Shown: positions 11,199-24,149 of the stretch, piece by piece
Layout of the letters: every line of letters starts with the position of its first letter
Position numbering within the stretch: the stretch's first letter is position 1
Assembly (NCBI RefSeq): GCF_000281045.1
Contig: NW_008246094.1
Location: 569,645 to 622,143 of the forward strand
Source of the DNA: Saprolegnia diclina VS20
Lineage: Eukaryota
Length of the DNA: 52,499 nucleotides
Direction of reading: 5' to 3'
Notes under the pieces: generated by a model
Told to the model about the DNA's origin: nothing
The model's input: only the letters and a program-made list of their open reading frames with translations
Database searches by the model: none
Translations under genes and position numbers: made by a program

Positions 11199-13751
11199 AT
11201 GCTGGCCCGACAGCGCGTCGCGGCCGCGACTTGGCGCCGGACCTTTGGCCATAACCGGCCATCGGCGCTCTCGTCCATTGCGCCTGTACACACGAACTCT
11301 GCGCCATCAGACGACGTCGAGAAGGCTGTCGCTCAGGCGACTGCGTCGCTGCTGGCACGCATCGCCGCCATGGAGGCCGAGAACGTTGCACTCAAGCAGC
11401 AGCTTCAAAAGGCCATGACGACTGGCGCAATACCACCCCATGTAGTAGACAAGGCGTTTGCTGCGCCTTCCATCACAGAGCCCAAGAAGACGCCTGCCAC
11501 GACCGAGCTCAAGTCTACACTGTCGCTCAAGTCGCCTACCATCATAGAGCCCAAGAAGATGCCTGTCACGTCTGCGACTAAGAAGACGCCTGCCACGACC
11601 GAGCTCCAGATGACGCCAGCGCCCAAGAAGCCGGTCGCGACCACAGCGCCCGTCGCTGCCAAGCGTGGTGAAGAGCCGCGGCTACGCCCTGCCGCGCCTC
11701 AACCACCGGTACTGGAGGCAATGTCGCTTGTCGGCGACAGTACGACCTTGGTCGAGGCCGCGCCCGAAGAACGCAAGCTGCCCAGCAACAAGTTCTTCTT
11801 CCGCCTCATGCACTCGTCCAAGACGATGCAGATTTCGCCGACGCTCCGCGCGGTACCTCACTTCTTTGGCCTTGTGGAGCAATGTACTGATCGCCGTGCA
11901 TCAACTAGACGCTGCACGGCATGGACTTGTACAACCGCAAGTGGGAAATCAACGAGATCCCAGCCGTCATGAACTGTCTCGTGCTCTTGGACCGCGTGCC
12001 GGAGGCGCTGGCGTTTGCGAAAAAGTGGATCAATTCGCTCACGATGCTCAACCATCTGATGGGTCAAGCCGCGCGCGTCAAGTGCCCGAAGCTCGCGCTC
12101 GGGCTCCTTCAGCTCGGCGTCGAGCGCAACTACCCGATCGACGCGCTGACGTACAACAAGTGCATCGTCGCATGTGCGCGCGGCCCGCCCTCATACCTCT
12201 CGACGATCGAGCACCTCGTGACCGACATGCAAGAGCACGGCCACCGCCCCAACAATCTTACCTTTGGCGCGCTCGTCGTTGGCGCCGCACGCCTTGACCA
12301 CTGGTCGGCGGTACGCTGCAATGCTCAATGTGTCAATGTTTCAAGTTGCACATACGTAGGTGGTGCCGACCCTCGATATGATGGACGAGCTGCCGTACGA
12401 CGAACGCGTCGCGGCGTACAGCACCGTGCTCGTGCGTCTCGGGCGCGAGGACCACCACGAGTTTTGCTACCGCCTGTTTAAACATACGATCACGAGCGGC
12501 CTGTCTGTGAGCGAAGATGCCGTTCGTGTCGTCGTTGCGAGTTGCGGCAAGATTGCGCGGCGCGCCGATGCGATCGAGGTGTTGGACGCGATCTCGCTCG
12601 ACTCGATAGCGTCGCTCAAGACGTTCAACGCGCTCATCGCTGCGCTGGCCAACTTGGACCCGGCGAAAGCCTTTGACGTCTTTGGCGTGCTCCAGAGCCG
12701 CCCGAACCTCGAGCTCGATATTTACACGGTCAACTCGGTGCTCCTCGCGTGCGTCCGTGCGCGGTCGTTCGACGAAGGCGTCGAGCTCTTCGAGTCGCGG
12801 CCCGTCCCGTTCGATATGGTGACGATCTGCACCATGCTGCAGCTCTGCGGGCAGGCCAAGCAGCATGGGAAGGCGACCGAGATCTATGCGACCGCGCTGA
12901 GTGCGCTCCCGCCGTCGCGGCAGCTCTACGAAGAGTATTTCGAGGCGCTTGTCGAGTCGGAGGTCGGGTCGCTTGCGATCGAGGCGTTCTGGCGTGCGCG
13001 CGAGCGCGACACCAAGTTCCAGCCGACACTCAAGATGCTCAACTGCCTCCTTCGCGCCTGCCACGCGTCGCCAGACCACCTCGACGTCATGGGCCAGCGC
13101 ATCTTGGATGTGTTTGAAGAAGCCAACTACAACGGCTCGAGCGTCAGCGGCAACCACCAGCTCTCGCTTCTGATTGCCGCCAACAAGCTCGACGCGGCCG
13201 CCGAGTGGCTACACACGATGCGCGCGCGCGGCCTCGTCACGTACTTTACGTACCAGCAGCTCATGGTTGCGTACTACGACCGCGGCGAGTACGACAAGTG
13301 CCTCGAGGTCTATGGCCAGTGCCGCGGCCAGCGCATCGAGATGCTCCAGCAAGTCAAGTGGAAGCCGTACGCATTCCCGCGCACGGGCCTCGTCCTCCTC
13401 GCGCAACGCGCCCATTACGCGCTCGGCGACTGGGACAGCGTCGTGGCCATGGCGCCGACCGTCAAGGGCCGCCAGGGCACGTTGCACCCGTGGCTCTCGG
13501 ACCGCGGCTGCCAAGAGCTCCTCATGCGTGCGATCCTCGCCCACGAGCAGCGCGGCGACTGGGAGTCGTGCGTCGCGCTCTACTCCAAGATGGTGTCGGT
13601 CGGCATGAACGACACGGACGCCTACCAAGCAACGGTCCGCGCGGTCGCAAAAGCCGGCGAGTTTGAAGCCGCGCTCGACGTCAACGGCGGCGAGTGGTAC
13701 CGGAACGAGCGGACGTCCAAAGGCTGGTTCACGGACGACGACGCCAAGTGA
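11199..13751 (+). CDS. Pentatricopeptide-repeat (PPR)-like protein, probably mitochondrial; about 3 exons
   Basis: Arg/Ala/Ser-rich presequence-like start MLARQRVAAATWRRTF. PPR-type units include IDALTYNKCIVACARG, PNNLTFGALVVGAAR, SLKTFNALIAALA, LDIYTVNSVLLACVRARSFDEGVELF and FDMVTICTMLQLCGQAKQHGKATEIY. Confidence 0.82.
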
Positions 13752-16426
13752 GATTAGACAAAATAGAGATACACGAATGAAAACCACCGTATAGACAATA
13801 TTTGTAGCGTAGATTGTCGTTTGTGGTGGGTTTGGGGACTTTGTCCACAACGACATGGTAGCGTGTGATGGCGTCGACCGCTCGTGTCGGTCCTGGGCAT
13901 GACTACTGTAGCAACCTCTTCCCGTCGCTTGCACCGCCACGGCCCCGCAAGCATCCAAAAAGGAGATTGGTCTCTGCTCGCCCAAAGCCAAAAACTTCAA
14001 CTCGACACAACAGCAACCCTAGCCCTCATCGCCCGCATTCTATACCGGACGTGTCCCTCGGTTGCTCGTGCTTACGTTATATGCTATCGTTCCGCCTGTA
14101 TATTTGAAGACTGCCCATGAAACGTGGTGGGCTATAACCGATACCGCTAGTGTGCAGGGCTCAACTACGACCCGATAGGCCTTCGATGGTTTTTGGATTG
14201 ACGTGGTGCCCTGGACACGGAGGACGCTGCTATTGTTTAGCGTTATGACTGTACAATAGCCACGTGCGTTCAATTCAATGCTATGGAAGGGAAGCACGGA
14301 CCGAATTCCATTGAACAACACGACGCGACGGCAAACGCTGGGATGGCAGCAACCACATCCGAGCACTGGATAGGTCGATCGATCCAATGGATAGATGGAT
14401 AAACGAACCGATGCATGCGATGCTTCGTCACATGAATCAACACTGTACTTCTCGGTGTAGTACTCTGACGGATGCAGAAAGTCTATTGCGCTCGAGTTTA
14501 TAGTTGTACAACAATCGTCATTTTCGACAGTTTTGTCATTTAAACAAACGTCACTTTTGTATAGTGGGTGGCGCGTGGGATGGATGCTTGACGACTCGCT
14601 AGTGGATACGGTGGACGCCGTTCTTTCTTCCCTTCCGCGCTTACACACGCGTTCCCTTAGCTACGAACTACGTCCTATCGCCCTATTTTGCGTGTCTTCT
14701 GCACGGTCTTTTTCTACGCGGTTGACGCCGGTCGGTCGGGCACTGACGACGAGCATTGCCGTTCAGCATCAGATGGACACGATTGGGTCTCGCAACCCCG
14801 CGTGTGACTTTTTGCGAGCACGTTTCCCTGCAAAACTAGAGTATTAGTACCTGCGATGCTATACAATTTGTATAAGCCATGGGCAGTTGTAATTTGTAGT
14901 CGGTAGGGTAGACAAGTCTGAATCTGCATTTTAGGGATGAGTTTCATCCACGCCAGGTACGTGCACCAGCCAAGATGCGCAACCAGAACCATGGCTAAAG
15001 ACGCCAGCGTGTGCAAGGTCCAGTTCGAACACGCGTGTTGGTGGGCAAGAACGCGCCGAGCGATCGCACGCCAGAAGGACCAGACACCGGTGTGCATCTT
15101 CAAGGTGCAGTAACAGTCGCCCAAGTTCAACCACGGGTACTATTAGCTTCTTCATTCTGTGCATGCAATAATCACACATCACCACCTCGATCAGGCGCCG
15201 AATACTCGACCAAGACGCGCTAATTTGAGGATTTGGCGATCTTCGTCAACCGCAAAGGCGCAACGGCTTACTCACTCGGGGGACGCGTTGCGCATCGGCC
15301 ATCATCGAACGCGTGGGCGTGGACTGTCCATGGACCCTCGCGTGCGTGTTGACGCGAATGGACACCTTGCTGGGATTGGCAGCGGCAACTTCAACTAGCC
15401 CACGTATTGGTTAAAAATCGATGCATTTCAAGCTGTTCGCGTCGACAATTGGTGGTTTTGAAAATATCCAAACGGATTTTGTCGAATCGATTGCATCCGC
15501 CAATCACAGCCCGCGCTGCAGATGAAAGATTGGGGCGTGGGTGTCGCTAGGCGATGCGACGGCCACCCATTCCGTAGAAGCCACGAGGAGGCTGGTCCGT
15601 CAGACACATCCACTGCGCGTCCGTCCACCTTTCGTGAGCGATCGCCACTGTCCCATGCCCACGGGGCGGGCCTTGATTGGCCGCGGCAAGACGCCGATGT
15701 AACGAGACCTACTTCAACGAGTGCTTTTCCAAACCCTTCTTCGATTTGTCATCTTCAACCAGGCACGTCGCGGTCTTTTCCTTGGCTTTCGGCGCCCCGC
15801 GGTTGCGAGCGCGCGAAGAACAAGGTGTTTTCAGCCATCTTGAAGAGTATCTCCGTTGCGGGCAGAGAGTCTCCCGCATGCGAATCTGGAAGCCGCATCT
15901 GAGTTACCCAATGGGTTGGCCCGTTTCAGCACGGCGTCGCCCGCCGTCTCCACCCTATCGACGACGCCCTCGCACTGCACCGACGTCGTCGCCGCTTCCA
16001 ACCAGGTGTACGTACAAGCACCCATCTTGGCTCAATTTATCGTAGCTTTGGCACCTGCCGTACGCTAGATCGTCGTGGTTCTCAACGCCATTTCGCACTG
16101 GCGCCCCAAGCTGGCCCAAGATCGGCTGCGGCCCGTCGACAGAGACAGGTCGTGATTGGCTTGCGCTGTCACATGTGCCCCTCAAAGCGGGTGTACATGC
16201 CCATGCGTCAACGTTGAAGTTACGCGGTTCGGTTGAACTAGGTGGGTGCTCGTGTCTATTTCGACCAATCAAATGCGCGTTCCGGATGGCATCGACGAAT
16301 CATCGCGCGCGTCGCTCGGATTTGAACCAATCGCTGTCCGTTTGAAGTCAGCTCCCTTCGACAACCAATTCTTCAAGTTCAACCTGCAAAGATCTTGTGC
16401 TTTGTATGCCTCAATTGCCATTTTCC

Positions 16427-17350
16427 ATGCCAGTTGTCATGGCCTTGTTACCAGCACTGCACGCACTCCACTTGCCGCCGACGTCGACGTCGACGGCCTC
16501 GTCGCGCGCCCGCATGGACATCCGCGCGCTCATCTCGCCCGAGCCGCGCTACCTCGTCAAGAAGCCGCTGCCGAAAGACAAGGACACGCGCAGCAAGGCG
16601 CGCCCGGGCTTCCGGAAGGGCAAGTGGACCGACGAAGAGAGCGTGTACGCCGAGCGCATGACGCACTACTTCAAAGAGGGCTTGTTGCCGCTCGAGAAGG
16701 GCACAATGCTGCGCATGTACCTCGCCGACAAGCTCAACTGCGAGCCGATGCGCATCACAAAGAAGTTTACCGGCGACGAGTGCATTGGGAAGCAGATCTT
16801 TCGCCCGCTGCCGCCGACGCCGCTCGTGAACGCGCGCATGCAGTCGGTGCAGACCGAGCTCAAGGCGCTCGAGACGGCGTTCTTGCACCGCATTGAAGAG
16901 ATGCCCATGTACTGCATGTCGACAAAGGACAAGACTGCGGCGTCCAACGAGCTCAAGCTCATCAAGCGCGGCAAGCTTCGCCCGCGCAAGGCGATGACAA
17001 CGACCGCGGCGGCTGCGAAGGCCAAGAAGCCGCTGAGCCCACCGGAGGACGCGCAGGCCGCGTGCCTCCTCCTCGGCTTCTTCCACGGCGCCGGCTCGTC
17101 CGAGAACGAAGATGCGGCCTCGGTGGCGTCGCCGATCGCGGCCGGCAACCCGTTCCTGCCCGTGGCGCAAGACGGGCGCATCTCGCCGTCGGGGAAAGGC
17201 GCACGGTCCGAGGACGACGTGGCACCCCCCGTGCGCCCGCGCTCGACGCGCAAGTTTTCCATTTCCCACTGCGCCGACGAGTGCGACGACGACATTGTGC
17301 TCGAGATGAAGCGGCCGCGCATCGGGTCCATCAGCTCGCTCTGTTCCTAA
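16427..17350 (+). CDS. Uncharacterised putative transcription regulator with a Myb/SANT-like GKWT domain (start could be 16427, 16439 or 16514)
   Basis: Single exon with strong codon bias. Core RKGKWTDEESVYAERMTHYFKEGLLPLEKGTMLRMYLADKLNCEPMRITKKFTG begins like a Myb repeat and resembles a conserved oomycete/diatom hypothetical family. Confidence 0.75.
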   Translation: MPVVMALLPALHALHLPPTSTSTASSRARMDIRALISPEPRYLVKKPLPKDKDTRSKARPGFRKGKWTDEESVYAERMTHYFKEGLLPLEKGTMLRMYLADKLNCEPMRITKKFTGDECIGKQIFRPLPPTPLVNARMQSVQTELKALETAFLHRIEEMPMYCMSTKDKTAASNELKLIKRGKLRPRKAMTTTAAAAKAKKPLSPPEDAQAACLLLGFFHGAGSSENEDAASVASPIAAGNPFLPVAQDGRISPSGKGARSEDDVAPPVRPRSTRKFSISHCADECDDDIVLEMKRPRIGSISSLCS

Positions 17351-18669
17351 GCGGACGTGCTTCTCTGTGTTGTCGAATTTTAGAGATAATTATAGTCAAT
17401 TCAATTTAATAGTTTAGCCACTTTTCTTCCTCGTCGTGGAGTTGACATCTAGGAGCGGGATGGCGACGGTGGGCCGAACCAGAAGGCAAGCTCGTTCGGC
17501 GAGATGGCGGACGCAGGCGTCGCCGCGTCGAACGGCACTGGATCCACCATGGCCGGCCAAACTTCAACCAGAGTCTCACCCGCGGCCGAGCAACTGTCCA
17601 GTCGTGCGATGTCCCACGATGGCTCCGGTAACGACGGTCGTAGTCGGGGCGGCCCCTTCTTGCTCGGTCGTGCCGACGCTACTGAGGTCTCCTTGGTCGG
17701 GGTCATTAGCACAACACCCAATATCGGGATGTGGTAGCTCAATGCTGTCCATGGCGCTCGCGCCGTTGGCGCCGTCCTGTCGCCCACGAATGGCGTTGGC
17801 GCGGATCGTCACCCGTTCGATCGCCAGGACTTGAAGTTTGTATGGATACCAACTTGAAGCTGCGCTGCAGATGTGTCACCCGGCCATGGCGCGGCGACTT
17901 GGCGCGGCGATGGCTTGGGACTAGGCATGCGATCTCGGCGCGCGTTTATGCCCCGGCGTTTCAGATCTCTGTTCGAACTCGGGTTTGTGCTACGAGCAGC
18001 GGCGCAAGCTCTCGGTTGACAATTTGGGTGATTTTGATCACACGCCAGAGCGATGGGTTGTGCGGAAGGGGCAGGGTGGACGATGATGGCGCGGTCCAGT
18101 TCTGTGGGCTTCTATCGTCGCTGCTGGCGTCCGTGCTTGCTCCATGGGACGCGTCGTTCAAGGATGTTGTACGGCTCCGTGCACTGGATATGCGACGAAG
18201 GCCTGGCGTCGAGCGTTGGATGCTGCCGCCTCGTTGATATTGCGCGGCGAATGATGATGAACAGCCCCTTCTTTCAGTCCATGGTTCGTGCGCTTGCACC
18301 TCATGTGCATGCTCCGCGACGCGCCTGTTCTCACAGTCAACATCCACCAGCGTCGACCAGCGTCGTGCTGACGGAACATTTACCTCACACAAGCAAAGAC
18401 GGGGAGCGGTTTTTGCTACCCTAAACCTCCTATCATGATCGGCCGTGAAGGACTTGCGCCGCCTGCATATCTAGAGCTGCCGGTACGTTGCAGCGGCACT
18501 GAACTGTACTGCGGCAGCGTGTATTACCATATTGTTGAACTGCGACCTGCGTCAAAGCCGAGAGCCTCTTGCAGATGACTTCATCGAGGCGGCAGGTTCA
18601 AAGTGGGAATCTTAGATTCGTGGTTCCATCTGCAGCATTTTTCGGACGCCAATCATACCGTACCGGTAC

Positions 18670-20023
18670 GTGAGCTCCGCGAGTCTATCTCTTTCGCACC
18701 TCCCCTTTTCAACGTCTAAAACGTTAGTTACATGTATCGTGAAATGTTATCCGAAGCTGCTCGTCGCAGGGCTCGGCCCGTTCCAAATTACGGAAGTGTC
18801 GCCGTACTCGTGCGTCATCCGTCATATCCTCTCGGATCAAGAGCGTCATGCATGTACGAGTCGCCTCGGATACTTCATCTTGTCCACGCGCGACCAGAGT
18901 ACGTAGTCACCAAGGTTGGCGACAAACTCTTCTTGGTGCGTCTTTGCCGCGATTTCCCGCGCTAGACATTGTTGACGCAGGTCATCGATCTTCGTGTGGA
19001 CGTCAACCAAACTTGCGTGAGTGGCAGCCATCGAGCTGACGACGTCCGGCTTCGACCAGTCGGCATGACGGACGAGTTCACCATCAAAGTCGCGGACCAC
19101 AATGTCCAAGTTGGTNNNNNNNNNNNNNNNNNNNNNNNNNNNNNNNNNNNNNNNNNNNNNNNNNNNNNNNNNNNNNNNNNNNNNNNNNNNNNNNNNNNNN
19201 NNNNNNNNNNNNNNNNNNNNNNNNNNNNNNNNNNNNNNNNNNNNNNNNNNNNNNNNNNNNNNNNNNNNNNNNNNNNNNNNNNNNNNNNNNNNNNNNNNNN
19301 NNNNNNNNNNNNNNNNNNNNNNNNNNNNNNNNNNNNNNNNNNNNNCACACGAGGGGCATGTCAAACCGCGCAGCCCATTGCATCAAAGCGTCCACGACCG
19401 AGGCCGCGTCCGCCATGTCACACGAGCTCGCAATAGTGCGTCAAGTCGTCTTTGAGCACGAGCTCGTACTTGGAGCCCTTGAACGAGTCACCCAAATAGA
19501 GGAAATCAAAGAGGATGCCTTCGTTGGGACGAGACGCATACCAGAGCTGGCTGGGCGGGCGTTGAATCACGCGCCCACCCTTCACGTGAGGGCAGAGCAA
19601 GCACTGATCCATAAAGGCCGTCAGCTTGACGTCCAGTTGATCAAGCCAAAAGAGCCGCTTCAGGTGCATCTTCTTCGCAAACTTGCTACGGTGGCCTATC
19701 GGTCCACAATGCGCAACAAAAGAGAGCCGCTGCTGCAAAGCCGAGGCGTCGGCGGGGATCCAGATGACATCCTTGCCGCCCGACTTGGCCGTCCAAAGGT
19801 CCAACGTCGCGCCGAACGTTACAAAATCCTGCACGACGTCTTGTCTCGTGCAACCTTGATGTCGAACAAGCTTGGCCACTCGAAGCCCTCGTCGTTCAGA
19901 GGCCGCAGCGTCCCGCTCTTGGGCAACATTTTCTTCCTCTTCTTCAGCTTGGTCAGGATTTGGACTACGCTGTCCTATAAACCCCTTGGAAGAGAGGTGT
20001 GTGGCAGCTGATGCCTCATACAA
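18670..20023 (-). mobile_element. Degenerate Ty3/gypsy LTR-retrotransposon integrase region spanning an assembly gap
   Basis: HHCC zinc finger (AHCGPIGH...CLLCPHVKGG), integrase core start (RPNEGILFDFLYLG...YELVLKDDLTHYCELV), C-terminal GDYVLWSRVDK, and a GPF module (KLLVAGLGPFQITEV) found inverted on the + strand. In-frame stops are present. Confidence 0.85.
19116..19345. other. Assembly gap (230 N)
   Basis: Run of N in the sequence. Confidence 0.99.
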
Positions 20024-21627
20024 TGGTCGAGCACTGAATATTCATATCTACACAGCTCTCAAACCACTAGGTCGAGACAAGGCGATGTGTTTGTATCAAT
20101 CTATCAGTAGATCGTCCTACGGGAAGACCGTTAGGATGGGACAGGAGCCTGTGGCCAGGGCTCCAGCACTCAACTAGCTGTAGTTTCATATTTGCCTCAT
20201 AGTACACACGCCGGTGTTTGGGAGTACGGCCTCTCTTTGTCTGGCGTTGTCTGTGAAGCGGAAACGGTCACAGCGAGGGAGTTTGTTGGATTTCCTGGGT
20301 AGCTGGTCTCTATTGTCTGACCTTCGATTGGCGCCACTTCTCGTTGGATACCGGTTAGGTACACTGAACTCTTGGTGGTGGTATCGACTCGCTGCGCTTT
20401 GCGACTCACAACAGTGGAAAGACGGAGCCAAGTGCACAGGCCAATTGCACAGGCCGGCGTGGAGCACGTACTATTATAGTACTACATCTCGCGCACATAC
20501 TCGTTCTTCTGCTCTCTGCTCTGCATTTGTCACCGCGGTCTGGGCAGCTCTGGCCGCTCATCGATGCGCTACAATTGTAGGGTTGTAGCTCCCCGATGCT
20601 GTGCGCGCGCCTCGTTGAGTCACTGGTGATGGGACAGGTGTGGACTTCGTCGGCCAGAAAGTGTGTCGGGTAGCCTGATGCGGCACATGACATCTGCGCA
20701 GCGCGGAAAGTTGTGGTCTCGTTGACTGTAGTACTTGGCGGCTGCAGCGACTACGGAGGGCGAAGCTGAAGGGTCGTCGGAAGCGAAGCTGTAGGTAGCG
20801 CGTTGTGGCACCGTGCCACGGGGTCTCGACGGCACAATTCTGCGAGGTGACATGTCATCGCTCTGGCCAACGACGTCACTGTCTCCGCGAAACACGTGAG
20901 TCACTAGGCCAGGCGCGACAACGTCTGCGAGCGGAATGCGTTCGTGAGGCAAGACCGGCGCGTCAAGAGGAGGGCGCGCGGCCGTGGCTCGGGATTGTCG
21001 AGGAGCGAGGTATCCAGCACACCATGGCGCTACAAGCAATTGCCGGACATGCAGTCGCGTAATATCAGCTGCCTTAATCGCAAGCACATCAGCGGCAAGG
21101 TTCATCAACGTCGTCAAGCCCCCTTGTCGAGGTTGACGCACAACGTGACCGTAAATAATGTAGAAAAGCACAAATGGTGACGCTTGTGACATTGGTTCAG
21201 CGACCAGGGGCGTCCATGCCGAATTTTACACACGAGCGAGTGCTATGCAAAGCACGAAAGTATTGTCGCATAATTATGGCGTCATGTTTGGTCGTTGGGA
21301 CTAGGGCAGCCTGGCTTTCTCGTCCCGTGGTTTCCCTAACCCTAGTTCATGGTGCGTGGTCCGTAGTACGAACGTTCATAATATTGATAGCGCAACGCTC
21401 GATAGCTCTCTGGACTAGCGCGTCGCCCTTCGCCGACTAAATATAAAAAGGCAGCATGTACTGTTCCTGTCAACGATTGCGACAAAAGCTGTCGACCAGC
21501 GATTGAGTTTGGGGCAGCGCAAACGATTGGCTGTCACAAACATACATTCTGTTGGCGCCACCGCGGCGCGCGAGTGAAGGTTCATCGGTTGCTGCTCCAG
21601 CTGGAGTGACGCACACGGAAACTTACC

Positions 21628-22152
21628 ATGGAATCTTCGCATCTACTGGATGGCCTCTGGCACTTGGAGCTCGCGGGCGCCCGCCTCGTGCTGCCTTCGA
21701 CGCCTATTTTGGACGATTTTTCGGCCGAGCTAGACACCTCGCATTTGGCGCCGGCAGGCGCCGACACGAACAACGTCGACTGGTTCCACGACATCTTCGC
21801 GTCTCTGGACGAAGCCGACGTTGACAACGTCAACTGGCTCAGCGATCTCTTCTCGCACTTGGAAGCCCCCGACTCGACGCCGGCACCAATGGTTGGCTGC
21901 GACGACCGCATCCCGAGACTACTACCCCCGCGTGTAGACTTGCACGTTCGTCACGATCAAGGCTATATGTGTGGGCCGCCGTTGCCACACCTTACTCGTC
22001 AAGATCGCGTTTTGCGCTGGAAAGACAAGCGAAAACGAAGGCTTAAAGGGCGGCGTGTGAGCGAGTCGCACCAGCTTTCGTCGCTTGCGCGGCGAAGGGT
22101 CAACGGACGGTTTGCGCCGGCCACGGTCTTTTTACCCGCAAGCTCCCAGTAA
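21628..22152 (+). CDS. CCT-domain protein A (174 aa) with 2 acidic amphipathic repeats
   Basis: C-terminal TRQDRVLRWKDKRKRR...ESHQLSSLARRRVNGRF matches the CCT pattern (R..RV.R...KRK.R ... R.R+.GRF). Repeats are DTNNVDWFHDIFASLD and DVDNVNWLSDLFSHLE. Confidence 0.8.
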   Translation: MESSHLLDGLWHLELAGARLVLPSTPILDDFSAELDTSHLAPAGADTNNVDWFHDIFASLDEADVDNVNWLSDLFSHLEAPDSTPAPMVGCDDRIPRLLPPRVDLHVRHDQGYMCGPPLPHLTRQDRVLRWKDKRKRRLKGRRVSESHQLSSLARRRVNGRFAPATVFLPASSQ

Positions 22153-24149
22153 AGCAATAGCTAAGCGTTTAGAAGCCTTATTATTATAATCGGTAGTCGA
22201 CATTCGCCTCGGCACGACGCCCCATCACCCGATCTTTGGGGCAGAATGCAGGTCGTCCACCAGCGCGCATCGCCGTTTCTCGGAAAATTCCATTGTCGGT
22301 GGACGTGCCACGTGGAAACCGGATGTTTTGGACGCGCAATTTTCGGACGCTGTGAGTCGCACGTTCGGTGTGGCGTTAAATATTGCAAAGGTGCGTGACA
22401 CATCACAGCGACACCGTCTTGGGCACATATCATTTGAACGCGTCTAAGATCTTAGCTCAATTGTTCGATAGGACGCGGTGAACTAGGGTATTTTGGTGTT
22501 AGCTCTCGTCCAGTCGGTCAAATGAGGAGTGCGAGCACGACGTCCGTTGTGAAACGCGAAACGCAAGTGATGACGAAGGCATCGCTGTTGTTGAAGTGAG
22601 TCTATTTAGATTTAGATATAATTTACACTGAACTGTTTTTGGGGGGTGGACTTTTGATTCAGAGCGTGTTGTGCTAGACGGCAGCAGCGGCGAGGCTTAG
22701 CCATGTTGAAGGCGAGGCGTGTGGATGGCGCACGCCGGGACGAAGTGGTCACGAAGCCAGGCGTCGTGGCGCAGGGCGTGCATCATTTGGAAGAGGCACA
22801 TCGCTTGGGTATTCAGCATCAAGTGGTGTTGACGAAGACATCGTTCTGTAAAAGGCCTTTGACCTTCTAGGCTTGCCCGTTCTCGTAGACCCGTATGCTA
22901 GTATACTCTTCGAATGCACAGTATCGAGGTTAGACATCTTGTATTGACACATGGTTCTTTCGTTGCATCTGGACTCGTCAATGAAAGTTGACCTCGCGTT
23001 CGAAATGACGTGAAAAATACTGAGCGCAGTTTGTAGCAACAACCACACGCGACGCATCACGACGGCAAATATTGGTGCCGCTCGTCAACGGGCGTTTGGC
23101 GCGGTATGCAAAAACCCTGATCAGCGTCCACGAGCGCATCTCGCACAATACGCAGTGTTGACGCGCAAATACCGGGTACGACACCAGTCATACGGTCTCA
23201 CTCACCTGTCTGGACCGGACCATCATCACGGTAACCAAGTAGTTGTGTCCCTGGAGTAGGTCATCCTTCATTGTCAGTCAAGCAATAAAAACATAACAAA
23301 AACACATTGCCAACGGCTCTTTTCCCCACCTACACGCTTTGCACAACCGCTGAACACTGCGATGGGGCGATGGGATTCGTCAACTAGTTCAATAATATAC
23401 GTTTGGACGTGCAATGCCTCACGGCGTCCGTTCGCGAGACGCGAGACGGGACAGCATCGATGTTTCACGCGAAACCAAGGCCGATGACTTGTGCCTTTGT
23501 GGTTGCTCACACGATCTTCAAAAATTAACGCGCGGCGCGTACCCCAAAGACGTACTGTGTAAAGAGCCCATGAAGCTGCCTTCCTTTCGTGTGCATTGGA
23601 GAAAAAAGAGAGGGGAAGATCACCATGGAACGCCAAGTCGCACCTTGGTAGCCAGGCCACCGACCAACACCATCGCACTGCCACAAAAGATACTCTGCGG
23701 ATTGACCTGTCAGCCACGCTCTATTTCTTGTCGTCTTTGGACAAATGTTTCGTGTACTAGTTGGGTGGCGGAGTGTATCTTTACCTCGATTGTACACGTG
23801 TACTACCAACACTCGACGTTCACATTTCGCACAAACGACGCTAATGACGAAGACTCTTGTGGCTCGCAGCTCTAGTGTAGCTGGGGTTTGCCATATCTGC
23901 GCAATATTGCGAACCGAAAACATCCAGACGTGAGGCAAAATTTACATCGACACACATGGTGTACTAGGATAGCAACCGTTCCTGCGACCTGGTCTTCAAT
24001 AACGGCGAGTGTAGTACGCTCCACCTCGAATGCATGCTATTGTTTGCCGCAGCAACACAGTTGGACCTTGTGTTGTGTACGTTTCGAGAAAATGCTCGAA
24101 GACGAGTCACTTGTGAATTGGACTCCATTCGACAAAACGACACTAAACC

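Noticed and set aside
14040..15400. Minus-strand ORFs of 138-202 aa that might form a spliced gene
   Set aside because: I could not build a consistent exon chain or recognise a domain; left unannotated.
17436..18430. GC-rich ORF fragments next to the gypsy relic
   Set aside because: Possibly degenerate element sequence, but no gag, RT or RNase H motif was identifiable.
20030..21190. Possible LTR or further retroelement sequence beside the integrase
   Set aside because: No second LTR copy, PBS or PPT could be identified in the window.
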